A stretch of 64,000 nt of DNA, taken from positions 64,001-128,000 of the forward strand of contig CANMWZ010000003.1 of assembly GCA_947501605.1 (NCBI GenBank), in the 5' to 3' direction. The translations under genes were made by a program, and so were the position numbers. Positions 35,877 through 45,639 of this stretch are shown in pieces. Within the stretch, counting starts at the first letter, position 1. The number at the start of each line of letters is the position of its first letter. The DNA comes from Planctomycetota bacterium. Its GTDB lineage: Bacteria > Planctomycetota > UBA1135 > UBA2386. A model generated the notes under the pieces. It searched no databases. It had not been told where the DNA came from and saw only the letters and a program-made list of their open reading frames with translations.

Positions 35877-37621
35877 CGCTTGGGATCCTCGTTGGCCTTG
35901 GCCATTCCGGTCGCCGCGCCGACCCCGCCCGCTGTAGCGCCCGCTGGCAGGAAGGTAGCGGCCTCGACGATCGCGTAGGCGTAGCCCTGTTCGGTCAAGA
36001 ACAGCTGCCGCTTCTGCGCGAACTCCTGTTCCCGTGTCGCAGGACTCACCAGCGCGTAGAAGCACGCCGTGCCGCCGTCCTCTTTAGGACGCAGGATGCG
36101 GCCCAGACGCTGGGCCTCTTCTTGGCGGCTTCCAAACGTGCCGGAGACCTCGATGGCGACGTTCGCATCGGGCAAGTCCACCGCGAAGTTGCCAACTTTG
36201 CTGACGACGAGCCTCTGGATCGAACCGGAGCGAAAGCCGGCGTAGAGCCGCTCACGCTCGACATTCGGAGTCTGGCCGGTGATCAACGGCAACTGGAACA
36301 CCGTGGCGAGTTGTTGCAGCTGCTGAAGGAACTGGCCGATCACGAGCACTCGATCGTTGGCGTGCTTGTGTAGCAGCGCCCCCACCACATCGAGCTTCCG
36401 CTCGTTCTCGCTGGCGATGCGGAACTGCTGGCGTGCGCCGGATCGTGCGTGGCGCTGGGCGCGCTCCGGGCCCAACGGGACCCGTACTTCGAAGCACTGA
36501 GCCGTGGCCAAGAAGCCCGCGCGCTCGAGCTGCTTCCACGGCACCTCGTAGCGTTTGGGCCCGATCAACGAGAACACCTCGTCTTGGCGGCCATCTTCGC
36601 GAACCAGAGTCGCGGTCAGGCCAAGTCGCCGCCGCGCTTGAATGCCTGCAGTCGCGCGAAACACCGGTGCCGGTAGCAGATGCACTTCGTCGTAGACGAT
36701 CAAACCGAAGCCGCCCTTGTCGAACACATCGAGATGAGTGAAGGCTGCAAGCTTGTCCTTGCGGTGCGTCAGGATCTGGTAGGTCGCGACAGTCACGGGT
36801 CGGATCGCCTTCTGCTCGCCGGTGTACTCGCCAACCTGGTCTTCACGCAGGTCGGTCTTGTCCAGGATCTCGCGCACCCACTGGCGCACGGCCACGGTAT
36901 TGGTCGTCAACACCAGGGTGTTGGTCTGAAGCAACTGCATCACGCCGATACCCACCACGGTCTTGCCACCACCGCACGGCAGCACCACCACGCCGCAGCC
37001 ACCGAGATCCGAGCCGCCGCGATGGAACGCCGCCGCGGCCGCCTGTTGGTAGCCCCGCAAGGCGAAGGCGTGGCCCTGTTGGGTTTCGCTGCGCAGCGCG
37101 AACGACAACGCGTCGCCGCTCACGTAGCCCGCGCGGTCGTCGACTGGATAGCCCAAGCGCACAAGCATCTGCTTGACCGCCCCCCGGTCTGCTTGCTGTA
37201 CCCGCAGGGTGCCATCGCGATGGTGTGCAACCAGCTTCTGCAGTTGGTCGTCGGCCGCAAGTTCGGCAAGCAAGTCCGCCTCGGCGCACGTCAATACGAG
37301 CTCGCCGCTGCCATCCTTGGCCGATTCGAGTTGCAGCAGGCCGTAGCGCCGGTGCCACTCGGTCAACTGCGCCAGTACCGGTCGCGCGATCGGGAAGCGC
37401 GAGTTCAAGATCAGCCAATCAACGATCGAGGCGAGCGTCTCGCCCAGTGCCGCCGCATTCCACACGCTGACTGCCGTGATCTTGTAGAAGTGGACGTACT
37501 CGGGCGACTTCTCCAGTTCGGCAAAGCGCTGGAGTCGATCGCGCGCCATCTCGTAGCCCGGGTGCTGCGTTTCCAACAGCACGGTGCGGTCCTGCTGCAC
37601 GATGAGGGGGGCTTCGGTCAC
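35873..37621 (-). CDS. xpb: XPB/Ssl2/Rad25-family DNA repair helicase
   Basis: LIVQ.D.TVLLE N-domain, LRGYQ, LPCGGGKT, DEVH, LGLTATLVREDG (RED motif) and QEEAQRLGRILR; GGAGGAG SD with GTGA overlap with uvrA. Confidence 0.93.
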   Translation of the reverse strand: MTEAPLIVQQDRTVLLETQHPGYEMARDRLQRFAELEKSPEYVHFYKITAVSVWNAAALGETLASIVDWLILNSRFPIARPVLAQLTEWHRRYGLLQLESAKDGSGELVLTCAEADLLAELAADDQLQKLVAHHRDGTLRVQQADRGAVKQMLVRLGYPVDDRAGYVSGDALSFALRSETQQGHAFALRGYQQAAAAAFHRGGSDLGGCGVVVLPCGGGKTVVGIGVMQLLQTNTLVLTTNTVAVRQWVREILDKTDLREDQVGEYTGEQKAIRPVTVATYQILTHRKDKLAAFTHLDVFDKGGFGLIVYDEVHLLPAPVFRATAGIQARRRLGLTATLVREDGRQDEVFSLIGPKRYEVPWKQLERAGFLATAQCFEVRVPLGPERAQRHARSGARQQFRIASENERKLDVVGALLHKHANDRVLVIGQFLQQLQQLATVFQLPLITGQTPNVERERLYAGFRSGSIQRLVVSKVGNFAVDLPDANVAIEVSGTFGSRQEEAQRLGRILRPKEDGGTACFYALVSPATREQEFAQKRQLFLTEQGYAYAIVEAATFLPAGATAGGVGAATGMAKANEDPKR

Positions 37622-40600
37622 GACTCCTCCACTGTTGTCGTCTTGCGCTTCTTGCTGCGGTTGGCCGGAGTCGGCGCGTCCGCGACCTGTGCCAACCGGA
37701 GTTTCAAGAAACGGCCCGTGTGACTCTGCGGCAGTGCGGCGATGTCCTCCGGCGTCCCTTGTCCGACAACAGAGCCGCCCAGATTGCCGCCTTCAGGACC
37801 CAGCTCGATCACGTGGTCGGCCGCGGCGATGACATCGAGGTGGTGCTCCACCACGATCACCGAATCGCCACGTTCGAGGAGTCGCTGCAGCACCCCCAAG
37901 AGCTTCTGCACGTCGTCCATGTGCAAGCCCGTCGTCGGCTCGTCGAGCACGTAGACCATGTGTTCGCGCGGAGTGCGAGCCAACTCGGCGACCAACTTGA
38001 GTCGCTGCGCTTCGCCGCCAGAGAGTGTATTGGCCGGTTGCCCGAGCTTCAGGTAGCCGAGACCGACGTCCGCGAGCAACGTCAACGACCGTGAGATACG
38101 TGGATGATTGCCGAAGAACTGCAGCGCTTCGTCGACCTCCATGGCCAGCACCTGCGCGATGTTCTTGTTGCGGTACTCGACCGCCAGCGTCTCTTGGTTG
38201 TAGCGCTTGCCACGGCACATCTCGCAAGTCACCCAGACGTCCGCGAGAAAGTGCATCTCGACCTGAATGTGGCCCTTGCCCTCACACGTACCGCAGCGAC
38301 CGTCAGCGACGTGGAACGAGAAGCGGCCTGGACCGAATCCCTTTTGCTTGCTCAGCGGGACCTGCGCGAACAGCTCGCGGATGGGACCGAAGATCTCGGT
38401 GTAGGTTGCGGGGTTGGACGACGGCGTGCTACCGAGCGCAGCCTGGTCGACGACGGCGAGTCGACACTCGTGTTCTTCGCCATCCGCCCAAACCAGGTCG
38501 GCGGTGCCGTCGCGAAGCTGCGGCACGAGCGCATCGAGCACCAGCGAAGACTTGCCGGAGCCCGAAACTCCCGTGACCGCCGTCATCACCCCGAGCGGAA
38601 CATCGACGTCGACGGCCTTCAGGTTGTGCACGGCGATGCCGCGTAGTTGCAGATGGCCCGAGGGCACCCGTCGTTCGCGAGCCTGGGGCAACCCTAGAAC
38701 ACCGCGCAGATATCGACCCGTCAGGCCATCGCTCTGCGCCACCTCGAGCGGAGTCCCGCACGCCACCACCGTGCCGCCGCGCGAGCCGGCGCCCGGGCCA
38801 AGGTCGAGCACGTAATCGGCAGCGCGGATCACCGACTCGTCGTGTTCCACCGCAATAACGGTGTTGCCGAGGTCGCGCAGTTCGAGCAGCGTCGCCAGCA
38901 ACCGCTCGGTGTCGCGCGGGTGCAGACCCACCGTCGGTTCATCGAGCACGTACAGCACGCCCATCAGCTTGTTGCCGAGCTGGGTTGCGAGGCGGATGCG
39001 CTGCGCTTCGCCGCCGGACAACGTCGCCGCCGAACGATCCAGCGTCAGGTAGCCCAGACCCACTTCGTGCAAGAACGACAGTCGATTGCGCAGCTCCTTG
39101 TGGATCTCCGCCGCGATCCGCGCGTCTTTCGGATCGAGCTTCCAGTTGTGCAGCAAGCGCAGAGCCTCCTCCACCGTCGACGCACAGACTTCGGGCATGC
39201 GAACGCCGCCGACTCGGACCGCGCGCTGCGCCTCGCCCAAGCGCTCGCCATGGCAGGAGGGACAGGAGCCGACGCGCATCACGTCGCGGAAACGCTCGTC
39301 ACCGCCCGACTGTTCGTCCTTGCCGTGGTACCACTCCTCGACCTGGCGAGCGAGGCCCTTCCACTTGACCTGCATGCGCCACGTGCGCGACTTGCCGGCC
39401 TCGCGCTTCTTGAAAACGATCTCGAACTTCTCTTCACCGAGCCCACGCATCAACCACTGGCGGTCTTGCGGTGCGAGCTTGTTCCATGGCGTTGACAAGT
39501 CGACTCCGCGTTGCTCGGCGACGACGCGAGCCACATCGGCGTAGTAGCCGCTCCCCGTAGTCAGGAACGTGAAGGCCGCCCCCTTGTGCTTGATGGCGCC
39601 GCCAAAGACCGGCTTGTCCGGACGATTGACCAAGAGCGACTCGTCGCAAACCACGACCTCACCAAGCCCGGCGCACTGCGCACATGCACCCGTGTGGTGA
39701 TTGAACGAGAACCAACGCGGGTGTGGCTGTTCGTGGCCGAGGAAGCCGCACTGCGGGCAACTGCGATTCTCGCTGTAGACCGCCCGGGCACCGGCATCCT
39801 CACCACCCACCACTTGCGCGATGACAAGACCGTGACCTCCGTGAGCGTGAGCGGCCCGCACGCACTGCTCGGCGCCATCGACGACGCGAACACGATCGTC
39901 GAACGACACGCGATCGACGACGAGGAACAGCTCCTTTGGTGAGTTCTTGGGCCAAGCGGCATCAAGGCGGAGCTCGGCGCCATCGAAGAGCACGCGAATG
40001 AAGCCTTGTTCCTGCCATTCCGCGCGCAGCGCCCCGAAGTACGACGCGGCCTTCACCAGCGACTCGTCGCTGTCGCTGCCAAACTCTTGCGGCACGGCGA
40101 CCTGAGCCAACAGGTAGCCCCGGCGCCCCTTCCACTTCTTGCCAACATCCTGGGCAATTCGACTTGGCGACCAAGCCACCAGTTCTTGCCCGTGCGCGGG
40201 GCAGTGCGGACGGCCGATGCGCGCGTAGAGCAGACGAAGGTAGTCGTGGATCTCCGTCGTCGTCGCCACGGTCGAACGCGGACTGCGGACACCGTGCTTC
40301 TGATCGATCGCGATCGCCGGCCCGAGTCCATCCAGCACATCCACGGGCGCGCGGTCCATGCGCCCGAGAAATCGACGAGCATAGGTAGACATGCTCTCCA
40401 AGAACCGGCGCTGGCCCTCTTGGAACAGCGTGTCGAACGCCAGACTCGACTTGCCAGAGCCAGAGGGTCCGGTCACGACCGTGAACCGATCGAGCGGCAA
40501 CTGGCAGTCGATGCCTTTCAAGTTGTGAGTGCGAGCACCACGAACAGTGATGTGTGTGGGCCGCACCGTGCGCTGCGGCACGGCGGCCTTGGCCTTCTTC

Positions 40601-43521
40601 GCCGCCAAGGTGCTGGATCGGGTCTCGTTCGACGAGTTCTTCCTGGGCGCAAACATCGCTCGCAGGGCGCGGCCGGTGTGAGAGGCCTCGACTTCCATCA
40701 CCTGCTCGGGCGTTCCGGTCGCTACGACCGTGCCACCACCGGCGCCACCTTCCGGACCAAGGTCGACGATCCAGTCGGCGGCGCGAACGACGTCGAGGTT
40801 GTGTTCGATCACCAGCAGGGAGTTGCCGGCATCGCACAACCTCTGCATGCAAAGCAACAGCTGACCGATGTCGTGAAAATGCAGGCCGGTCGTCGGCTCA
40901 TCGAGCACGTAGAGAGTCTTGCCCGTAGCCGGCCGCTGCAGTTCGGTCGCAAGCTTCACGCGCTGGGCCTCGCCGCCAGACAGCGTCGTCGATGGCTGCC
41001 CGAGCTTCAGGTAGCCAAGCCCCACGTCCTGCAGCGCCCGTAGCGCCCGCGCGATCTTTGGTAGTTCGGAAAACAGCGTGAGGGCTTCGTCGACGGTCAT
41101 CTCGAGGACGTCGTGAACACTCTTCTCCTTGAATCGGATCTCCAGAGTCTCGGGATGGAAGCGGGCCCCAGAACACTGCTCACAAACCACCTCGACCGGC
41201 GCGAGGAAGTTCATCTCCAAGGTCTGAACCCCAGCACCCTCACAGGCCTCGCAACGACCACCGGCGACGTTGAAGCTGAACCGGCCCTTCTCGTACTGAC
41301 GCAGCCTGGCTTCTGGCAACTGCGCGTAGAGGTCGCGAATGTGGGTCCAGACATCCGTGTAAGTCGCTGGGTTGCTCCGCGGCGTGCGGCCGATTGGTGA
41401 CTGGTCGATCTCGACCAACTTGTCGATCTGCTCGACGCCGGTTACGCGCTTGCAGCGAGCACTCTTGGGCGGCTCGCCGCTGAGCACGGCAGCCACCCAC
41501 GGCTTCAGCACGTGATGCACGAGCGTCGATTTGCCCGAGCCGGAGACACCCGTGATGGCAACGAAGCGACCGAGCGGGAGATCCACGTCGAGACCGCGCA
41601 GATTGTGAAAGCGCGCACCCTCGATGCGGAGATGCCCCTTGTCCTCGCCGCGGCGCTCCTTGGGCATCGGCACCGTCAACTCGCCGCGCAGGTACTTGCC
41701 GGTCAGCGAGTTTTCGTTCGCCTCGACTTCTGCCGGCGTTCCGGCGGCAACCACCTCGCCGCCACCGGCGCCAGCGCCCGGACCGATGTCGACGAGCCAA
41801 TCGCTCTTGCGCATCGTGTCTTCATCGTGTTCGACGACGACCAGCGTGTTGCCGCGATCGCGCAGCGCCAAGAGCGTGCGCAAGAGGCGGTCTTGATCGC
41901 GCGAGTGCAGACCGATCGACGGCTCGTCGAGTACATAGAGAATGCCACGAAGCCCGGCACCGACCTGCGCTGCGAGCCGAATGCGCTGCGACTCGCCACC
42001 CGAGAGCGTGCGGGCCGGGCGAGACAGCGTCAGGTAGCCAAGGCCCACTTCTTCGAGGAAGACGAGTCGTCGCTCGATCTCGCGCACGATCTCACGGCCG
42101 ATCTCGAGATCGTTGCCGGCAAGTCGCACGGCTCGGATCCACAGTAGCGCCTGCTCCACCGGCAACCCCGACACCTCGGGCAGGCTGCTTTCTTGGAACA
42201 TCACCGCCCGCGCCGCCGCGCACAGCCGGTCGCCATCGCAATCGGGGCACTTCACTGCCGCGCGGTAGCGGTCGAGATGCCGCGCCCGCGACGGACGGTA
42301 GACGCGTTCGAGGTGACCAAGGATGCCCGGGAACGCAATGCGATCCATACCGGACGACTCGAACGTCGCCGAGCGCCGCTGCCAGCGGAACTCGAACGTC
42401 TTGGTCCCGCTGCCGTGCAACACGACCTTCCTTGCCTTCGCCGTCAGCCTTTGCCACGGCGTGTCGACGTCGAAGCCGAAGGCATCGCCGACCGTTTGGA
42501 GGTGCGCCATCGTCAGCGTGCTGTAGACCAGCTTGCCTTCGTCGGTGAACACCGACAAGGCACCCTCGCGCAGCGACTTGCTGGCGTCGGCTAGGAGCAG
42601 AGCCTCGTCGAATCCGTAGATTTCGCCGAGCCCTTCGCACCGCTGGCACATGCCAATCGGGCTGTTGAACGAGAACAGGCGGGGCTCCATCTCCGGCAAG
42701 CCGCCGTGACCGTCTGGACAACTCCGCTTCGCCGAGAACACGCGGTAGCCGGCGTCCTCCCACGCGAGCGCGCAGGTGCTGTCGCCGAGCGCCAGCGCTT
42801 GCTCGACGGCTTCGGCAAGACGCGAGCGCGTTTCCGTGGCCACGGTGAGTCGGTCGACCACGAGTTCGATCGTGTGGTAGACGTAGCGCTCGAGCACGAT
42901 GTCCTCGTCGAGGCGCCGCACGACCCCGTCGATCCGCGCGCGTACAAAGCCCTTGCTGCGCCATTCGACGAGCTCCTTGCGGTACTCGCCCTTGCGCTCG
43001 CGAACCACCGGCGCGAGGACCATCACAGCAGTGCCTCGGTGATCGACAATCATCGCCTCGACGATGCGATCCGGCGACCAGGCCTCGATCTTGGCACCGC
43101 ACTCGGGACAGCTCGGAGTGCCAAGGCGCGACCACAGCAAGCGCAGGAAGTCACTTACCTCGGTGAGCGTCCCGACGGTGCTGCGCACACTGTGACTGGT
43201 CGACTTCTGGTCGATGGAGACCGTCGGCGAGAGGCCCTCGATGAGGTCGACCTTGGGCTTCTCCATGCGCCCCAGAAACTGCCGCGCATACGAACTCAGA
43301 CTCTCCAGGAAGCGACGCTGGCCTTCCTGATAAATCGTGTGGTAGGCGAGGCTCGACTTGCCGGAGCCCGACACGCCCGTGAAGGTCGACAGTGCATCGC
43401 GCGGGAACGTCAGATCGACGCCCTTCAGGTTGTGCTCCCGAGCCCCTTTGACCACTACATAGCCACGGTCTGGACGGGGCACCGCAGGCGCGTCGGGGGT
43501 CGATTTGGACTTCGGTCGCAC
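37618..43521 (-). CDS. uvrA: excinuclease ABC subunit A, tandem-duplicated (double-length) form
   Basis: Four Walker A motifs (GVSGSGKS x3, GPSGSGKS), four LSGGE signatures, four LDEP motifs, Zn fingers and two GAR.HNLK starts separated by a Lys/Ala/Ser linker. Start uncertain (43521 or 43563). Confidence 0.96.
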   Translation of the reverse strand: MRPKSKSTPDAPAVPRPDRGYVVVKGAREHNLKGVDLTFPRDALSTFTGVSGSGKSSLAYHTIYQEGQRRFLESLSSYARQFLGRMEKPKVDLIEGLSPTVSIDQKSTSHSVRSTVGTLTEVSDFLRLLWSRLGTPSCPECGAKIEAWSPDRIVEAMIVDHRGTAVMVLAPVVRERKGEYRKELVEWRSKGFVRARIDGVVRRLDEDIVLERYVYHTIELVVDRLTVATETRSRLAEAVEQALALGDSTCALAWEDAGYRVFSAKRSCPDGHGGLPEMEPRLFSFNSPIGMCQRCEGLGEIYGFDEALLLADASKSLREGALSVFTDEGKLVYSTLTMAHLQTVGDAFGFDVDTPWQRLTAKARKVVLHGSGTKTFEFRWQRRSATFESSGMDRIAFPGILGHLERVYRPSRARHLDRYRAAVKCPDCDGDRLCAAARAVMFQESSLPEVSGLPVEQALLWIRAVRLAGNDLEIGREIVREIERRLVFLEEVGLGYLTLSRPARTLSGGESQRIRLAAQVGAGLRGILYVLDEPSIGLHSRDQDRLLRTLLALRDRGNTLVVVEHDEDTMRKSDWLVDIGPGAGAGGGEVVAAGTPAEVEANENSLTGKYLRGELTVPMPKERRGEDKGHLRIEGARFHNLRGLDVDLPLGRFVAITGVSGSGKSTLVHHVLKPWVAAVLSGEPPKSARCKRVTGVEQIDKLVEIDQSPIGRTPRSNPATYTDVWTHIRDLYAQLPEARLRQYEKGRFSFNVAGGRCEACEGAGVQTLEMNFLAPVEVVCEQCSGARFHPETLEIRFKEKSVHDVLEMTVDEALTLFSELPKIARALRALQDVGLGYLKLGQPSTTLSGGEAQRVKLATELQRPATGKTLYVLDEPTTGLHFHDIGQLLLCMQRLCDAGNSLLVIEHNLDVVRAADWIVDLGPEGGAGGGTVVATGTPEQVMEVEASHTGRALRAMFAPRKNSSNETRSSTLAAKKAKAAVPQRTVRPTHITVRGARTHNLKGIDCQLPLDRFTVVTGPSGSGKSSLAFDTLFQEGQRRFLESMSTYARRFLGRMDRAPVDVLDGLGPAIAIDQKHGVRSPRSTVATTTEIHDYLRLLYARIGRPHCPAHGQELVAWSPSRIAQDVGKKWKGRRGYLLAQVAVPQEFGSDSDESLVKAASYFGALRAEWQEQGFIRVLFDGAELRLDAAWPKNSPKELFLVVDRVSFDDRVRVVDGAEQCVRAAHAHGGHGLVIAQVVGGEDAGARAVYSENRSCPQCGFLGHEQPHPRWFSFNHHTGACAQCAGLGEVVVCDESLLVNRPDKPVFGGAIKHKGAAFTFLTTGSGYYADVARVVAEQRGVDLSTPWNKLAPQDRQWLMRGLGEEKFEIVFKKREAGKSRTWRMQVKWKGLARQVEEWYHGKDEQSGGDERFRDVMRVGSCPSCHGERLGEAQRAVRVGGVRMPEVCASTVEEALRLLHNWKLDPKDARIAAEIHKELRNRLSFLHEVGLGYLTLDRSAATLSGGEAQRIRLATQLGNKLMGVLYVLDEPTVGLHPRDTERLLATLLELRDLGNTVIAVEHDESVIRAADYVLDLGPGAGSRGGTVVACGTPLEVAQSDGLTGRYLRGVLGLPQARERRVPSGHLQLRGIAVHNLKAVDVDVPLGVMTAVTGVSGSGKSSLVLDALVPQLRDGTADLVWADGEEHECRLAVVDQAALGSTPSSNPATYTEIFGPIRELFAQVPLSKQKGFGPGRFSFHVADGRCGTCEGKGHIQVEMHFLADVWVTCEMCRGKRYNQETLAVEYRNKNIAQVLAMEVDEALQFFGNHPRISRSLTLLADVGLGYLKLGQPANTLSGGEAQRLKLVAELARTPREHMVYVLDEPTTGLHMDDVQKLLGVLQRLLERGDSVIVVEHHLDVIAAADHVIELGPEGGNLGGSVVGQGTPEDIAALPQSHTGRFLKLRLAQVADAPTPANRSKKRKTTTVEES

Positions 43522-43616
43522 GGTTTGAAACCTGCTGATCCTAGCAGTGGGTCCGACCGGCACCAGCGGGACAGACGGAAGTCTCCTGCCCCTCTCCGGG
43601 GTAGGCTCCGCGCCCC

Positions 43617-43958
43617 ATGACCGACCCCGAAGCCGACGACGACGCCCCGCTCCACCTTGAACACGACCTGTTGATCCGAATGCGCCTGTCGAACCGAGCG
43701 CTCGGCGTGAACGCCGAACGGGTTGCCATCGAAGAGCTAGCCGACCAGTTGGAGGCAGCGGTGCTCGAGGCCGGGGTCGGCGAGTACGACGGCGACGAGT
43801 TCGGTGGCGGAACCTGCGTGTTGTTCTTCGCTGGTGCCGACGCGGACAAGCTCCTGGCAGCGATGACTCCGCTGCTCAAGAGGCACCCGATGGGGCGATC
43901 GGCCACCGTCACGATCCAACGTGGGAGCGATGCCGCTCCCGAAGACGTCAAGTTCTGA
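43617..43958 (+). CDS. small acidic hypothetical protein
   Basis: 113-aa ORF with coding-like composition (LEAAV..AGVGEYDGDEFGGG), divergent from uvrA. Confidence 0.7.
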   Translation: MTDPEADDDAPLHLEHDLLIRMRLSNRALGVNAERVAIEELADQLEAAVLEAGVGEYDGDEFGGGTCVLFFAGADADKLLAAMTPLLKRHPMGRSATVTIQRGSDAAPEDVKF

Positions 43959-43991
43959 TCGCTGCCAGCGGCGGCGGCCGCTGCAACCTGC

Positions 43992-45497
43992 TCAGTTGCC
44001 GAGCAGAACGTCGACCATGTTGCTGCCAACAAGACCAAGGGTCGTGGTCGCAGATGGCGAGAACCCGAAGTACTGGAAGTACAGGTGCTGACCGACGAGG
44101 CCTGGATCGTTGGGCATGGTGTAGCTCCGCCCGGCGACGCCAAAGGTGCTGACGATCGACTCGGTGTAGTCGAGCGACACGCGCAAAAGGCAGCCCTCAA
44201 CGCCGAGTGGCGTCATGTCCACTGGCAGCGACGCCCCACTCCACGTCGTCGACGACAGCCCGATCGCGAACCAACCCAACTGCGGCGTCGCGGCATGCAA
44301 GTTGGTGGCAATCACCGACATCGGCATCGCGATCTCGGGCAGACCGCTGACCAACAGCGTCGGCACTTGTAGACCGCCACAGCCAGCGCCGACTGCGGTG
44401 ATCGAACCGATCGTGTGCAAGGCCAAGGCTTGCAGACGCGCAGCAGTGAAGTCTGCACGCAGTGCGTCGGTGCCAGAGTTTCCCCCACTCGTCGCACTGC
44501 AACCACCGTGCGTGTGTACGCCGATCATCTGTCCCGTTGACTCCAGCAGCACTGCCGACCCGGAGTTGCCGCCAGTGGTGTCGGTGTCATAACGCAGCGC
44601 GGTGGCGGTGGCCGTCGACTGACGGTTGCCGAAGTGCGTCTTCTGCACTTGGTTCCAGGTGGACGACCCGCTGGTGCCATTTCCGGTGCCATAGCCAGTC
44701 ACCCGGATCTGCTGCCCCGCAACCAGCGGCGGCGCCGGGACAATCGAGTACCAACTTCCCTGTGCCTGCCCGGGATAGAGCTGCGTGTTGCTGTTGCGCA
44801 CCGCACTCATCGTCGCCCAGTCCGCCCCAACGCCGCCGTTCAAGCTCTGCAAGAACGTGGACAACGCGTACTGGTCGTTGGGATGCGAGGGCACCGGTGT
44901 GCCACTGGCGGTCGAAAGCGGCACGTTGAAGTGCAAGATCTTGCCCGCCGTGCCAGACGTCATGCAGTGCCCAGCCGTCCCGGCCGCAAACGCCGAGAAC
45001 AGCCACGCGGAACAGCTCGCGTTGAGCCTTCCTGAGCGCGGATCGTTCGAGAGCACCCGATCGTCCGTCGTGCCGCAGATCGTGTCGACGTCGACCACTG
45101 TGCCCACATCAAGGACCGCCACCGAATCGATGCGCGCCCGGTTACCGGTGGTGGCGGCACCGGCAACGAGCTCGATGCGCAAGGTCGGCCCCACGAATTG
45201 GCACGAGTAGCAGCCGTAGTCAGCAATCGAGCGGGCGTCATGCCACTGCACCCAGTCAGGTCGTACGGGGGCGTAGATCTTGAGCTGCGAACCGGGAGGC
45301 AGGTTCACATCGGCAAAGTGCAACTGCAGCCAATCGCCGGCCACCGTGACGTCCGTGGTCCAGAGCACGCGCGGCGCCGGGTCCAGATTGCTCACCAGCC
45401 CCGAATCGCGGTTCATCGCCACGGTGCGAAGCGGCGACAAGGCCTCCTGGCAGAGAGCGCTCGCGACCAACGACAAGGCCACAACGAGATGGTGCAT
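43992..45497 (-). CDS. secreted trypsin-like (S1) serine protease with prodomain and ~140-aa C-terminal domain
   Basis: Signal peptide; TAGHC (His), ADWA (Asp) and GGNSGS (Ser); IGVHTHGGC; C-terminal domain shared with the gene at 1-560. Confidence 0.88.
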   Translation of the reverse strand: MHHLVVALSLVASALCQEALSPLRTVAMNRDSGLVSNLDPAPRVLWTTDVTVAGDWLQLHFADVNLPPGSQLKIYAPVRPDWVQWHDARSIADYGCYSCQFVGPTLRIELVAGAATTGNRARIDSVAVLDVGTVVDVDTICGTTDDRVLSNDPRSGRLNASCSAWLFSAFAAGTAGHCMTSGTAGKILHFNVPLSTASGTPVPSHPNDQYALSTFLQSLNGGVGADWATMSAVRNSNTQLYPGQAQGSWYSIVPAPPLVAGQQIRVTGYGTGNGTSGSSTWNQVQKTHFGNRQSTATATALRYDTDTTGGNSGSAVLLESTGQMIGVHTHGGCSATSGGNSGTDALRADFTAARLQALALHTIGSITAVGAGCGGLQVPTLLVSGLPEIAMPMSVIATNLHAATPQLGWFAIGLSSTTWSGASLPVDMTPLGVEGCLLRVSLDYTESIVSTFGVAGRSYTMPNDPGLVGQHLYFQYFGFSPSATTTLGLVGSNMVDVLLGN

Positions 45498-45639
45498 GGC
45501 GCCAAGGCTACCGGACTCCGCCACCGCCGTCACCCTTGTCGGCAGCCCTACGTCCGCCCGAGCGGATTCAAGCGATGGTGTCGCGCCGATCGATACGCGG
45601 TGAAGCGTGCCGTCGCACGCACCACCACGGACCCACACG

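Noticed and set aside
37618..43563. Double UvrA as an assembly artefact or recent duplication
   Set aside because: The two halves are clearly diverged in sequence and joined in frame by a plausible linker, and double UvrA is a known class. It is not novel by itself.
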